A stretch of 64,000 nucleotides of DNA. It comes from a virus (taxonomy: Duplodnaviria; Caudoviricetes). Below are positions 28,327 to 38,803 of the stretch, piece by piece. The position numbers were made by a program, and so were the translations under genes. Each line of letters starts with the position of its first letter. Within the stretch, counting starts at the first letter, position 1. Location of the stretch: the IMG/VR virus record IMGVR_UViG_3300001525_000522, positions 1 to 64,000 of that record; one strand, given 5' to 3'. Under the pieces are notes generated by a model that worked only from the letters and a program-made list of their open reading frames with translations, was not told the DNA's origin and searched no databases.

Positions 28327-29374
28327 GTGGAAAAGAATTACCAGAATTTCAACCTTGTGGTAAAAAATTTAAATCAAAAACCTGTTCAAAATCATGTGGA
28401 GCTATTTTACGGTCAAGAGAAAGAGGCTCTAATTGGAAAAATCCTGAAATACAAAAGAAAGCTCATGATTCTATTAAAGAAAATCTGATTAATAAATATG
28501 GAGTTGATAATGTAGCTAAAATTCCAGAAGTTCAAGCTAAGATTAAGCAGACAAATCTAGAGAGGTATGGCAAAACCACCATATTACAGACTCCAGAAGT
28601 TATAGAAAAATCATTGAAAACCAGAAATTCTGCAGAAGTAAAGAATAAAATGTCTGAGCATTCTAAACTTAGAGAAGTTTATCAGCTTGGTATATCTGCA
28701 GCAAACACTGAAGAATCCAAGGAGAAAAGAAAGAATACTTGCTTGAAGAGATATGGAACTGAATATGCCCTGGCCTCCAAAGAAATACGTGCAAAGATAA
28801 ATAAAACCATATCTGAAAAATATTCTAAAGACCCTAAGAAATAACTCCATCTAAAATATATGCAAGACAATGTGAGATAAGAAATGTACCTGTTCCAGAA
28901 TATAGAAAATTCTGTGAGAAAAACCATCTACAGGGATATCGTCATGCTTCTGTGATTCCAGGTCTTTACTATGGAGATGAATTAAAGCAATTGATGTCAT
29001 TTGGTCAGCCTCAGAAAAGAAATGCCAAAAAGACTTATCAATGGGAAATTGTAAGAGGCTGCCCTGGGTCTAATAATGCGGTTGTAGGAGGAATCTCTAA
29101 ATTATGGAAATATTTTCTTAAAACTTATAATCCAGAATCTGTTATGAGTTATTGTGATATGAACAAATTTGACGGTCATGGTTATGAACTTCTAGGCATG
29201 AAATTAGCTTCTGAAGAAAGAGGAAATCTTTGGATGATTGACAAAAAGACTTTGAAGGTCCAACAGTGGATTTTCAGGAATAAAGAAAGACGTGAAGAAC
29301 AGGAGAAAAATTCATACAAAGTTTTTGGAGTTGGAAACAGAACATACGTATGGACAAAAGAAAATTCTGATTAA
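28327..29374 (+). pseudogene. Degenerate Hef-like homing endonuclease (frameshifted, nuclease domain missing)
   Basis: Frame 28323-28844 gives CGKKF..TCSKSC and KYGVDNV repeats; frame 28838-29374 gives IYARQCEIR..NHLQG..VVGGISKLW; the central nuclease segment seen in 31248 is absent. Confidence 0.75.
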
Positions 29375-29399
29375 GAACTAATTAAAATAATTTTTTCGT

Positions 29400-29424
29400 A
29401 AACCCAGGAAGGATCCTGGGTTTT
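29400..29424 (+). terminator. Intrinsic terminator
   Basis: AAACCCAGGA/TCCTGGGTTT + T-run. Confidence 0.8.
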
Positions 29425-29431
29425 CTTGTAT

Positions 29432-29448
29432 CAATATATAATTATATA
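29432..29448 (+). promoter_or_regulatory. CAATAT..AAT motif before major capsid gene
   Basis: CAATATATAATTATATA just after the terminator. Confidence 0.45.
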
Positions 29449-29631
29449 GATAATTCTACTAATTATGTTACTTTAATGAAGAATGTTTTTAGTTAATCAA
29501 AATGAATTTAATTATCTAATTTAGACTTTAATGAAGCTTTAAGTGATGAGAGAGTTTACAGAGATTTTTAGAATTAGAAATATAAAATTATTATTAAATT
29601 AAATTAAAAGAAAATTAGGAGAAATTAAATT

Positions 29632-31080
29632 ATGTTACAGCAAGTTTCAGCATATGAAGAATGCAAAACCAAACTTCGTGCAGCTGAGATGTTCCATAAA
29701 AGAACATTTCCGCAGGAAGTAAGAAACACGGCAGCGGTTATTCTTCGTAATACTATTAACGCTTATGAATCAGTATCTGGTTCAACTGCAGGTCTTGGAA
29801 TAGGCGGACAGTCTGGCGTAGCTCAGATGAATCCGATTTCGAGTTATAAGAACTTTATTATAAAGATTGCTACTCTTGGTATTCCTGCTCTCGATGTATT
29901 TGATTGGGTTGCCATGGAGCCTATGGCTACTGCATCTACTCAGATTCTTTTTACCAAATATGTAAGAATGTCCAATAAAGGCAGCTCTAAGAAAGGTGAT
30001 ATTATATCTGACCCGTTTGGTATTTATTACAGACAGAATGCTGATGGTACTCGTACTGATGCTACGGATCCTCTCTATTCGTCAGCTCTTACTGCAGATG
30101 CTTTTACGGATGGCAAAGTTACCACTGCTCAGAACTTCAATCTTCGTTGGACGCCTGTTCGTGAAAATACGATAATCGTTACTGCTGGTGGAAAGACCTG
30201 CAATGAAAAGACTGCTGCTGTTCAGAGTACTGCAGCTAACTTTGATAAGACCTTTGCAGAGAATGGTATAACTGTTTCTATTAAATATGATACCGGTGCT
30301 ATTCAGATTACTGAAGCTGCTGCTTCTACTGTAGAAGTTCTCTCGGTAACTTATGAATATGATAACGTATATCTTCCTGCTAATGATATTCCTACTTATG
30401 GTGCAGAAGTTGAAGCTATTCCGATGACTGCTAAACCTCATAAAGTAAGAATCGTATTCGATGCTCTTTCTAACCTCATTTATAAAAATGACTACGGTAT
30501 CGATATTGCAAAAGAACTTCCTAAGAAAGCGGTTGAAGATTTCATGTATTCTATAGCAACTGAAGTATCTGATGCGATTGTAGCAAATGCACCTACCTCG
30601 ACTTATACGATGAGTTGGTCTCTCGCAGTAGAAAATGGTTGGATTGCTCAGCACTATGCATCATTTGGTTCAGTACTTGCTGCTGCGCAGGCTGCTATCA
30701 CAAAAGTTACGAAGATATATGCTGGAAATAGATGCTTCATCGGTTCAGCACTCGTACCGGTAGTAATGGCTGTTCCTGGATTTAAAGCTGCTGATACTGA
30801 TGGTAAAATAGGTACTCAGCTCATTGGTTCTATCGGTAACTTGAAGATTTACTTCAAACCTGATATGGATGACTACACCTATGTAGTATTTGCAAAAGGA
30901 AGTGGAACTGAATTGTCTGTAGGTCTGTTGTCTATGTATATGGCAGCACTCCCTGCTTCGATTATTCCTACTCAGCTTCTTGAGTTTGCAGATGGCCTTA
31001 ATTCTCAAGGTTTCTATTCACTATATGACTTTAAAATACTGAATCCGATACTTTCGATTAAAGGTGCAGTAAGTCATTAA
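29632..31080 (+). CDS. Major capsid protein (T4 gp23-like)
   Basis: 482 aa after protease; AMEPMATASTQILF, VEAIPMTAKPHKVR, KIGTQLIGSIGNLKIY fit gp23-fold motifs. Confidence 0.9.
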   Translation: MLQQVSAYEECKTKLRAAEMFHKRTFPQEVRNTAAVILRNTINAYESVSGSTAGLGIGGQSGVAQMNPISSYKNFIIKIATLGIPALDVFDWVAMEPMATASTQILFTKYVRMSNKGSSKKGDIISDPFGIYYRQNADGTRTDATDPLYSSALTADAFTDGKVTTAQNFNLRWTPVRENTIIVTAGGKTCNEKTAAVQSTAANFDKTFAENGITVSIKYDTGAIQITEAAASTVEVLSVTYEYDNVYLPANDIPTYGAEVEAIPMTAKPHKVRIVFDALSNLIYKNDYGIDIAKELPKKAVEDFMYSIATEVSDAIVANAPTSTYTMSWSLAVENGWIAQHYASFGSVLAAAQAAITKVTKIYAGNRCFIGSALVPVVMAVPGFKAADTDGKIGTQLIGSIGNLKIYFKPDMDDYTYVVFAKGSGTELSVGLLSMYMAALPASIIPTQLLEFADGLNSQGFYSLYDFKILNPILSIKGAVSH

Positions 31081-31119
31081 TTTTTAGTTAGAACAAACTA
31101 AATCAGCCAAAACAATTTT

Positions 31120-31149
31120 AAGGAGACTCTTATAAAAGAGTCTCTTTTT
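31120..31149 (+). terminator. Intrinsic terminator after capsid gene
   Basis: GGAGACTCT/AGAGTCTCT + T-run. Confidence 0.8.
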
Positions 31150-31247
31150 AATTTGAAAAAAAAAATTATCTTAGAGATTCCTTAAATCAATAATAATTAA
31201 ATAAAAAAGTTAAAATCAAACAGTATAATATTATAGGAGGTAATAAA

Positions 31248-33122
31248 ATGCCTAAAGGAATTTATCAAGGACATAATTGGAATAAACCAGAAGAATTAGA
31301 ATTTAAAGAATATTATTTAAGCCATTCTACAGAAGAGACTGCGGCATATTTCAAGACCAGTATTAGTTCCATTCAAAGGTTGGCAAGAACATACAAATGC
31401 GCAAAACCTAAGGCAAAGGGCTGGACAAAGAAAACTAAGAAATATACCTGGACACAGGAACAAATTTCAAAAGTAGTTTCTTTGTATGAAGACGGATATA
31501 TGGCTACACAGATTGCCCAGAAAATGAATTTATTACGTCATCAAGTTATCGATATTTTAAATACCGCAGGAATACAATATAAACCTAGAAAAATTTCTGA
31601 ATTAAACCCAGAAGTTAAAGAAGATTTTTTAAAACTTAGGAGACAGAATCATTTTGAAAAAACCGGAGATATAAAGTGGCATTTATCTGAAGAACATAGG
31701 AAAAAATTATCTGAAATTCAAAAATCTCCAGACTTTATAGCTAAACACCATGAGGCGAAAAGCCTTGCACAGAAGAAAAAATATTTGGATCCAACATATA
31801 TAGCACCTTGGAATACTCCTGAAGCTAATAGAAAGGCTGCAGAAACTAGAAAAAATTGGTCTCCAGAGGTTAAAAAGGCTTTTCGTGAAAAATATAACAG
31901 AACTATGCTTGAGAGATATGGTAAAGGAAGTCTTACCAATACTGAAAAAACTAAACAAACTATACAAAATTGGTCAGAAGAAAAACGTTTGGAAGTTCAT
32001 AAAAGACGATCATTAGCTGCAAAGGAGGTTTGTTCTAGGCCTGATTATATAAGTCCTTGGAAAAAGAAAGAAGTACAAGAAAAACTTAAAACTACTATAC
32101 TTCAGAGATTCGGAGTAGACTATGCCTTTCAGCTGAATATGGATAAACACAGAATCAGCAATCTAAATAAAAACTTCTTAACTCTCTTAAAAGAATATGG
32201 CATTGAAGGTAAACTTGAAGAGAAGGTTGGAAATTACTTTTATGATATATGTATTGGAAAAATTCTTATAGACCTCAACCCAAGTATCAGTCATAATTTA
32301 ACCATGGGTTTTGGTAAACTGACCGGAAAGTCAAATAAAAATGTAATTATTTCCAGAAAATATCATTATGGTAGATGGTTGAATGCCAAAGAAAATGGTT
32401 ATGAACTCATTTCAATTTTTGATTGGATGGATAAATCTAAAGTATTATCTCTTATAGCAGCGAAATGTGGAAAAACTCAGAAAGTTTTTGCTAGAAAATG
32501 TGAAATAAAGGAAGTATCTAAATCAGATGCCTATAATTTTTATGAAATAAACCATGTATTAGGAAAACCTAGAGGAACAGATTATTCTTATGGATTATAT
32601 TATCTCAATGAATTGGTAGCATGCATGTCATTTAAGGCCTCTAAAGATACATTAGAATTACAGAGATTTGCTAATAAATCTGATATAACTGTGGTAGGAG
32701 GTGTTTCAAAGCTATGGTCACATTTCATTAAAGAACACCAACCCAAAGAAGTAGTAACCTTTACAGATAATAATCTTGGAAATGGCAGTGTATATGAAAG
32801 GTTAGGATTTGAGTTAGAGTCTGTTAGAACTACTACAGCTTGGTATAATCCAAAATTAAAAAGTTATATTAGGAGTTCTTCATTAAATCAGCAAGGTGCA
32901 GACAGGCTTATAGGTAATAAAATTCCAAATTATTTTCCTGTTGGGCTAGATAGAGATGACTTTATTGCTAGAGGCGGAAAAGAAGAATACGTGAAAGAAT
33001 TTAAGGAGCACGCTGATAATCGAAATTGGTGGCCAGGAAATTCAGACATTGCTAAACATTATGGTTATTTGGAATTTGAAGATGCAGGATATTCTAAATT
33101 GATTTTTCACTGTAATAATTAG
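31248..33122 (+). mobile_element. Free-standing Hef-like homing endonuclease gene
   Basis: N-terminal HTH-like units, NUMOD3-like HLSEEHRKKLSE, RFGVDYA repeat, YDICIG..LIDLNP..HN nuclease-like segment, VFARKCEIKEV..NHVLG..VVGGVSKLW C-domain. Confidence 0.75.
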
Positions 33123-33240
33123 CTATTCTTAGAATTTAGCCTGGCTGTGCAGTAGAAACTTTAGAAAATAAAAATCATTTCTGGAGCAGAAAGGAATATG
33201 TGATTTTTATAGAAGATTCTTCTATACAAATATAATTATT

Positions 33241-33882
33241 ATGGAAATAGTAGATAGAGTTAAAGAATTTATAGATAATAATAAAACTCTCGTAGATAAT
33301 TTTAAATTTAAAGAATTATATCAAAAATTGATAAATTCGATAGACCAAAAATATGTAACTTCAACACTTACGCACTTATTTTATAAAATGGGCCTGGACC
33401 CTTTAAAAACTTTGAAAACAGTGCCTGATTATTATTATGAAGGTGCAAAAAGATTTAAATTAGGTTTTGAGATAAATCTAATAATTCCTAATCATATAAA
33501 ATGGATAGGAAAAGAGGCTTTTTCTAATAGTGGGGTAAAATCATGCGTTTTTAATCAATCTCAGTCAGGATTAAAAAGTGTAGGTATGTCTGCTTTTTCA
33601 GATAATAGTAATCTTAAGCAAATAATACTTCCAGATTCCTTGGAAATTATAGAATGGTATGCATTTACAGATTGCATTAACCTAGAGCAGGTATCTATAC
33701 CTAGAAATATAAAATTATTTCCAATACTTTTTGATGGTTGTGATATACTTAAACAAATAGAGTATAGAGGTACCATGAATATGTGGAAAATAGATAGTGA
33801 AAGGCATTATGATAAGGACCAAATATTCCAAGGCTCAAATGTAAAGAGTATTAAATGTTTTGATGGAGAAATAAAATTATAA
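33241..33882 (+). CDS. BspA-like LRR protein
   Basis: IPNHIKWIGKEAF, LPDSLEIIEWYAFTDC; same N-domain and C-cap as 23871-25954 paralogs. Confidence 0.85.
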   Translation: MEIVDRVKEFIDNNKTLVDNFKFKELYQKLINSIDQKYVTSTLTHLFYKMGLDPLKTLKTVPDYYYEGAKRFKLGFEINLIIPNHIKWIGKEAFSNSGVKSCVFNQSQSGLKSVGMSAFSDNSNLKQIILPDSLEIIEWYAFTDCINLEQVSIPRNIKLFPILFDGCDILKQIEYRGTMNMWKIDSERHYDKDQIFQGSNVKSIKCFDGEIKL

Positions 33883-33901
33883 ACAAATTTTTAGAATCGA
33901 C

Positions 33902-33928
33902 AAAGCCTTTCTTAATAGGAAGGCTTTT
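33902..33928 (+). terminator. Intrinsic terminator
   Basis: AAAGCCTT/AAGGCTTT. Confidence 0.75.
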
Positions 33929-33976
33929 AAATTATATGATTTTAGTAAAAAATTTTAGAAAAGTTATTCCAAACAG

Positions 33977-34005
33977 TTTACTTTTTGAGGAAAATAGTGT
34001 ACAAT
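33977..34005 (+). promoter_or_regulatory. Host sigma70/sigA-type promoter (early island 2)
   Basis: TTTACT-17 nt-TACAAT; the TAGTG before -10 is identical to the promoter at 3668. Confidence 0.75.
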
Positions 34006-34037
34006 ATAATTAGAAAATTAAAAAAGGAAAATACATT

Positions 34038-34328
34038 ATGACATTTGTTACACTTTATTATATAAATGATAGTTTACAAATTAAGAAAGTAAGTGGTCAT
34101 ACTTTACATAGTGATGATATTACTACTGAATTTGATATAGAACTTTATTCTGAATTAATTCATGTATTATATTCTCATAGTCAAAATAAAGTATATGAGC
34201 TTAATCCAAAATTTAATGAAGATGATCCTTCTTCTAGACAATATGTTCCATTTAGATTTAAGGTAATAGGCTTGAAGACGGAGCAAAGATTTCAAATTTC
34301 AGATTATATTGCATGTAAATTTGATTAA
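34038..34328 (+). CDS. Hypothetical protein
   Basis: 96 aa, SD aagga. Confidence 0.6.
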   Translation: MTFVTLYYINDSLQIKKVSGHTLHSDDITTEFDIELYSELIHVLYSHSQNKVYELNPKFNEDDPSSRQYVPFRFKVIGLKTEQRFQISDYIACKFD

Positions 34329-34339
34329 GGAGATTAACA

Positions 34340-35122
34340 ATGGGTATAACACAGATAATGGGTTTAATAGCCTACATACTCTTTCTTGTTATTATAGGTT
34401 GGGCATGTTATAATTTTCAAGTTAATAACAGAAAGAACTCTGACTTAAAACGTGAAGAGGAAGAAAAACGTGAAAAAGAAAAACAAGCTCAACTAGAAGA
34501 GTTTGATACAAAATTTATTTCAGCAGTTAACCGCCTGATTTCAGATAATGATTTATTATTTGATAGTTATCTCGGTGCATTAGCAAAGCATACAATTGAG
34601 TATACTTATCTAGACTTTGATATAGAGCGATTAAAGTTGATTGAATATTATGGAAACAAACATAACGTTGGATTATTTTTTAGCCTTGAAAATAAGATTG
34701 AGGTGTGTTCTAACCTAACCAATAAATTAATTAAAAATTATATACAGGTACCATCCTATGAATTAAAAATGTTACTAGACAATATTCCATATGATGTTAA
34801 AATTTCTACAATGACTGAAGGTAACTTTGAACAATACATATTAAGTAGGAATATTTCAAATGAAACATTAGAAAAAATAAAGAAGGCCTTTGATTTATAT
34901 ACCAAAGATGAGACAGAAACTTTTTATAGATATATTGAAAAACATCCTGAAGCATATCAAATAGCGAGGCAGAATGAAATACAGGAAAAGCAGACTAAAG
35001 CTATTGAACAAGTTGGCGTAGAACTGAGATACTCTCAAATGAGTCTAGAAAATCGGCTTAGTGGTATAGAAACAGGCATACATACTGCAGCAATTCTTGG
35101 AATAATGAGTAATTTATATTGA
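34340..35122 (+). CDS. Membrane-anchored hypothetical protein
   Basis: N-terminal TM then charged coil; SD aggag. Confidence 0.7.
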   Translation: MGITQIMGLIAYILFLVIIGWACYNFQVNNRKNSDLKREEEEKREKEKQAQLEEFDTKFISAVNRLISDNDLLFDSYLGALAKHTIEYTYLDFDIERLKLIEYYGNKHNVGLFFSLENKIEVCSNLTNKLIKNYIQVPSYELKMLLDNIPYDVKISTMTEGNFEQYILSRNISNETLEKIKKAFDLYTKDETETFYRYIEKHPEAYQIARQNEIQEKQTKAIEQVGVELRYSQMSLENRLSGIETGIHTAAILGIMSNLY

Positions 35123-35160
35123 TTTTAAAAAATTTAATTTAACAAAGAGGATAATAAATC

Positions 35161-35580
35161 ATGAGAGAACCCTTATTTAGAGCAAAATGTAAGGACAATG
35201 GAGAGTTGGTATATGGTTGGTATGCACCTTTAGTGCGCAACGATAAAACCATCCTTCCACATATAAAAGATAGAAATGGAAGTGATTATCCGGTTATCCT
35301 TGAAACAGTCAAGCAATCTACAAGATTAAAAGATAAAAATGGCAAAGAAATATTTAAAGGTGACATTATTGTGTATTCTTGGAATGATTTAAATAACCAA
35401 AAAAAAACAATAAAGAAATACATTATAGGCTACGATAAAGATGAAGCAAAAACTATTGCGATTCCTTATAAAGACGCCTCATCTTATCCGTTAACTACTT
35501 TTAAATTTATTAACCAACGAGGTGAAGTAATTGGCAATATCTATGATGAGGTTGCTGTATTAGAAAAGGAGATATCATGA
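35161..35580 (+). CDS. YopX-family protein
   Basis: MREPLFRA...QSTRLKDKNGKEIFKGDII...EVIGNIYD. Confidence 0.8.
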   Translation: MREPLFRAKCKDNGELVYGWYAPLVRNDKTILPHIKDRNGSDYPVILETVKQSTRLKDKNGKEIFKGDIIVYSWNDLNNQKKTIKKYIIGYDKDEAKTIAIPYKDASSYPLTTFKFINQRGEVIGNIYDEVAVLEKEIS

Positions 35581-35927
35581 GCAAAGGACAACAGATTAAA
35601 GAAATACAAAAATTGATATGTAATAATTGCGGACAAATCGATGGTTGTAAAATATCATGTAAAGCGCATAAGAGTTTAGCCGAAGCCCTTTACAACGCGG
35701 GTTATCGGAAAGTTATTTACGGCAGAGACAATTTATCAGACCTGTTAAATGAAGAAGTTAAAGAACTATCTTTAATTGAGAAAACACGTAAGGAAACGGC
35801 AAGAGAGTTTATGGAGAAGTTGAAAGTGCGGTTGGCAAAGTTTATATGGCGGCACAATATACCAGAATGTATATACAATGATGTAATGGAGGGCTTATTA
35901 AAGGAGTATGAAAGAAATGAAAGATAG
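35577..35927 (+). CDS. Hypothetical phage protein
   Basis: AEALYNAGYRK...RKETAREF..KLK motif typical of small phage proteins. Confidence 0.65.
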   Translation: MSKGQQIKEIQKLICNNCGQIDGCKISCKAHKSLAEALYNAGYRKVIYGRDNLSDLLNEEVKELSLIEKTRKETAREFMEKLKVRLAKFIWRHNIPECIYNDVMEGLLKEYERNER

Positions 35928-36219
35928 AAAAGAAAATACATTTTCGCTTTGTGCTTTCGGGTCTTACGAAATAGAATATACTTGTATTTATTCTTACCTT
36001 GACGAGTACGGAGATTTTTCTGACGGAAAAGTCGAAAAACATTATTCCGCCGACGGTGGTCAATTTATGGAGTCGATTGCAAAGTTAATGCTTGATAGGG
36101 ATTGCATTAGTTTTGATATTTCAGAAAATGAAATTTATATCGAACATTTTAACCCTAATAACGGAACGGGTGAGGAATATCTGTTTAAGATAAAGGAATT
36201 AAAAGAGGTGAAAAAATGA
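35908..36219 (+). CDS. Hypothetical protein
   Basis: 103 aa in operon. Confidence 0.6.
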   Translation: MKEMKDRKENTFSLCAFGSYEIEYTCIYSYLDEYGDFSDGKVEKHYSADGGQFMESIAKLMLDRDCISFDISENEIYIEHFNPNNGTGEEYLFKIKELKEVKK

Positions 36220-36293
36220 TTTTAGCAAGTATTAAACCTTATTACTATTATTTAATTGCCTAAGAGAAAAAGAATATTGAAGTATAAAAATAA
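36216..36293 (+). pseudogene. ASCH-domain gene relic
   Basis: MILASIKPYYYYLIA*EKKNIEV*K* resembles the ASCH N-terminus (SIKP....I..G.K..E.RK); three TAA. Confidence 0.55.
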
Positions 36294-36394
36294 TTACGAT
36301 GAAATTAATTACATTTGATGAATTATGTAAACTCAGACTTAACCCGAAGACTCCAGTAATTGTACACTATTTATTTAAAATAAAATATTCATAT

Positions 36395-36416
36395 AAGTCC
36401 ACTTATAGGTGGACTT
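36395..36416 (+). terminator. Hairpin closing island 2
   Basis: AAGTCCAC/GTGGACTT. Confidence 0.65.
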
Positions 36417-36517
36417 CTTCTATTTATAAGAATTTTATTAAAAATAATGAGATAATGTTTGAAGTTGCAGAAAACTGAACAAATATAAATATAATCTTTT
36501 AAATTTAAGGAGAATTC

Positions 36518-37420
36518 ATGAAAACTACAAGAAAAGCCTATGATTATGAAGCGGAACTAATAAATGAAAATAAATATAATGCATTAAACTGCTGTTATTT
36601 AAATAACCAACCTGATGTAATGTATTTAGATATTTTGGATGCTATAAATGCAATGATACTAAATAATACTTTTTCTATTATAAAAGTAAGAGGGTCTTGT
36701 AAATTCTCAAAACCGGCTCAAAATTTAGAGTCTGCTATTGATATAGATATCCAAGGTGAAAATAATTCTGCAACCATTTTATTGGATTTTTGGAAAAATC
36801 AAAATTCGCCTTATATTAAAGTTTATAGGCCTCCATTTGGTTCTGTTTCTAGAACTGGAAGAATTTCTTTTTCAGAAATAACTCTTAAACCTGTAATAAC
36901 AACTATTTATTTAAATAGAGATTACTATGATGATTATAGCTATGTAACTCTTTGTAGTGACAAGATATATTTTAATAATGTAAAATCTTATACAGGTTTT
37001 AGAATCCAGGGATTAGCATTAAATGGAAACCCTACTCCTGAATCTGCCAGTGGAACTTCTTCTATACCTGAACTGGACTTTTATATTATCGATTCAATTG
37101 TAGAGGATCCCAAGGTATATTGTTTAAAGACCGGTTTTGGGCCTCTGCCAAATAATTCTCATACTCAACGCACCCGTTTTCACTTACAAAACAGTATCCT
37201 AACTGGCAATAAAGGTATTTGTTATAGCTATAGTTTAAACATAGGGTCAAGCATTCAAATGTTGTCTTCCATGATTTTTACACCTGGTGAAGATCAATCT
37301 GTAATATTTAGTGTTGCCAATTCTAGCAGTGATGAAGAAGATTGTGGAAAAAATACTAATTTATTTAAAGAGGTTACAGATATGGTGTGTAATCGTGGTT
37401 GGCCAAACTTCTTTGATTAG
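36518..37420 (+). CDS. Hypothetical beta-rich protein (possible fibre-tip-like module)
   Basis: 300 aa, SD aggag, CAAATATAAATAT motif upstream. Confidence 0.6.
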   Translation: MKTTRKAYDYEAELINENKYNALNCCYLNNQPDVMYLDILDAINAMILNNTFSIIKVRGSCKFSKPAQNLESAIDIDIQGENNSATILLDFWKNQNSPYIKVYRPPFGSVSRTGRISFSEITLKPVITTIYLNRDYYDDYSYVTLCSDKIYFNNVKSYTGFRIQGLALNGNPTPESASGTSSIPELDFYIIDSIVEDPKVYCLKTGFGPLPNNSHTQRTRFHLQNSILTGNKGICYSYSLNIGSSIQMLSSMIFTPGEDQSVIFSVANSSSDEEDCGKNTNLFKEVTDMVCNRGWPNFFD

Positions 37421-37661
37421 CCTGCATCAAAATATTTACCATTATTACAAACCTTGATGATATGATAAATCCAATAAATTTTAGAAATGTGATATTTTTC
37501 TTTAAATTTAGACAGCCATGCTTAGATTTCTTTTTAAATCAAATATCTGAAAATTAGAGACGGACGATTTAATAATATAAATAATAATTATAACTATCCA
37601 TGGGATGTTGAAAATTTATAGGTAATAATGCAGCAGTCAAAATAAATGAGTATAATAAATT

Positions 37662-38516
37662 ATGTTTATTATAGAAAGATACCACGACAAATTTAAGAGC
37701 AAAAAATGCATAGAAGGTCTTTTATCTGAATTAGGTAATTATGAAAATGATACTTTTAATAAGGTTCATTTATCCGACAGAATGGCTTTATTAAATGATA
37801 TTAAAGACCATGAAGAATATTATAAAGATTCTTCTCAATATAAATTTTTAGAAAAACATTTTAAGAATGTTCTTTTATTTGCAGAAAGAGTAGAGGTTCC
37901 TAATTTGAAAGTAACTTCAGATGTGGAAGGAACCTCTATGTTATTAAGAAAAAACGGTATAATAGAAATTGCCAAAAGGTACATCAGTAAGAATACTAAT
38001 AAAGTTTCTATGACTACTGATACACCTAATAAGTGTTTGATTTCCAATGCTACTAGAGAAAAGTTTTTTAAAGAAGTAAAAAATTCTGGTCAAATAATCA
38101 GAGGAAAATTTAATGACAGGTATTTTTTATCTGAAGGAACAGATTCATATGAAAAATGGTCTGAGAGCATGGATAAAGAATATTTCAGATTATCTAAAAT
38201 AGACCTTAGAAAGAAAAGAACTTTAACCAGAATAGATGTTCCTGTAGGAATAGCCTCAATGGTACAGGAAACTAAAATGGACATCATAATTAAAGGAAAT
38301 AATTATCTTAATTTTAAGTCAAACAGCATTTTAAATCCTTGGATAAAAAGAGGTTCAGAAAATCATTGTATATATGATATAGACGGAATCTTTTTGCAGT
38401 ATGATACCGAACCTGTTTATTTCTCAAATATAACACAGATTTTAAATAAAATGCCTTTACAGGATTTATACGATTTAGCAGAAAAAATTTCACAAAAATT
38501 ATCTCTACAATTATAA
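37662..38516 (+). CDS. Hypothetical protein
   Basis: 284-aa ORF, no motif recognised. Confidence 0.65.
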   Translation: MFIIERYHDKFKSKKCIEGLLSELGNYENDTFNKVHLSDRMALLNDIKDHEEYYKDSSQYKFLEKHFKNVLLFAERVEVPNLKVTSDVEGTSMLLRKNGIIEIAKRYISKNTNKVSMTTDTPNKCLISNATREKFFKEVKNSGQIIRGKFNDRYFLSEGTDSYEKWSESMDKEYFRLSKIDLRKKRTLTRIDVPVGIASMVQETKMDIIIKGNNYLNFKSNSILNPWIKRGSENHCIYDIDGIFLQYDTEPVYFSNITQILNKMPLQDLYDLAEKISQKLSLQL

Positions 38517-38545
38517 ATATAAAATTTATAAGGAGATAAATAGAA

Positions 38546-38770
38546 ATGATCGATCTTTCTAATGTTCCTGGTGTAGTAACCATAGAGAACAAAGGCACTA
38601 AGGATGTTCAGATAAACCTTTCTGGATATAACCAGAGTTTTACTCTTCCTGCAAGTGAATCTGTAAAACTTAAAGTTAATGTTTCATCAGAACTCGTAGG
38701 ATTTCTTTCTCAGGAAACAGATACTTTGAAAGTTACCCTTCCTACAGCGGCTGAAGATAAAACAGATTAA
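38546..38770 (+). CDS. Small beta-rich virion protein candidate (capsid decoration-like)
   Basis: Own SD, CAATTATAAATAT motif and terminator; codon usage resembles the capsid gene. Confidence 0.5.
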   Translation: MIDLSNVPGVVTIENKGTKDVQINLSGYNQSFTLPASESVKLKVNVSSELVGFLSQETDTLKVTLPTAAEDKTD

Positions 38771-38803
38771 TTAAAGCTTATCTGTTCATGGAATAACCTT
38801 CTT

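Noticed and set aside
28952-29374. Independent 140-aa gene
   Set aside because: GTG lies mid-domain with no SD; the frame opens at 28838 as part of the broken endonuclease
35399-35407. A9 run in YopX as a phase-variation switch
   Set aside because: Such runs are expected in this AT-rich DNA and the frame is intact
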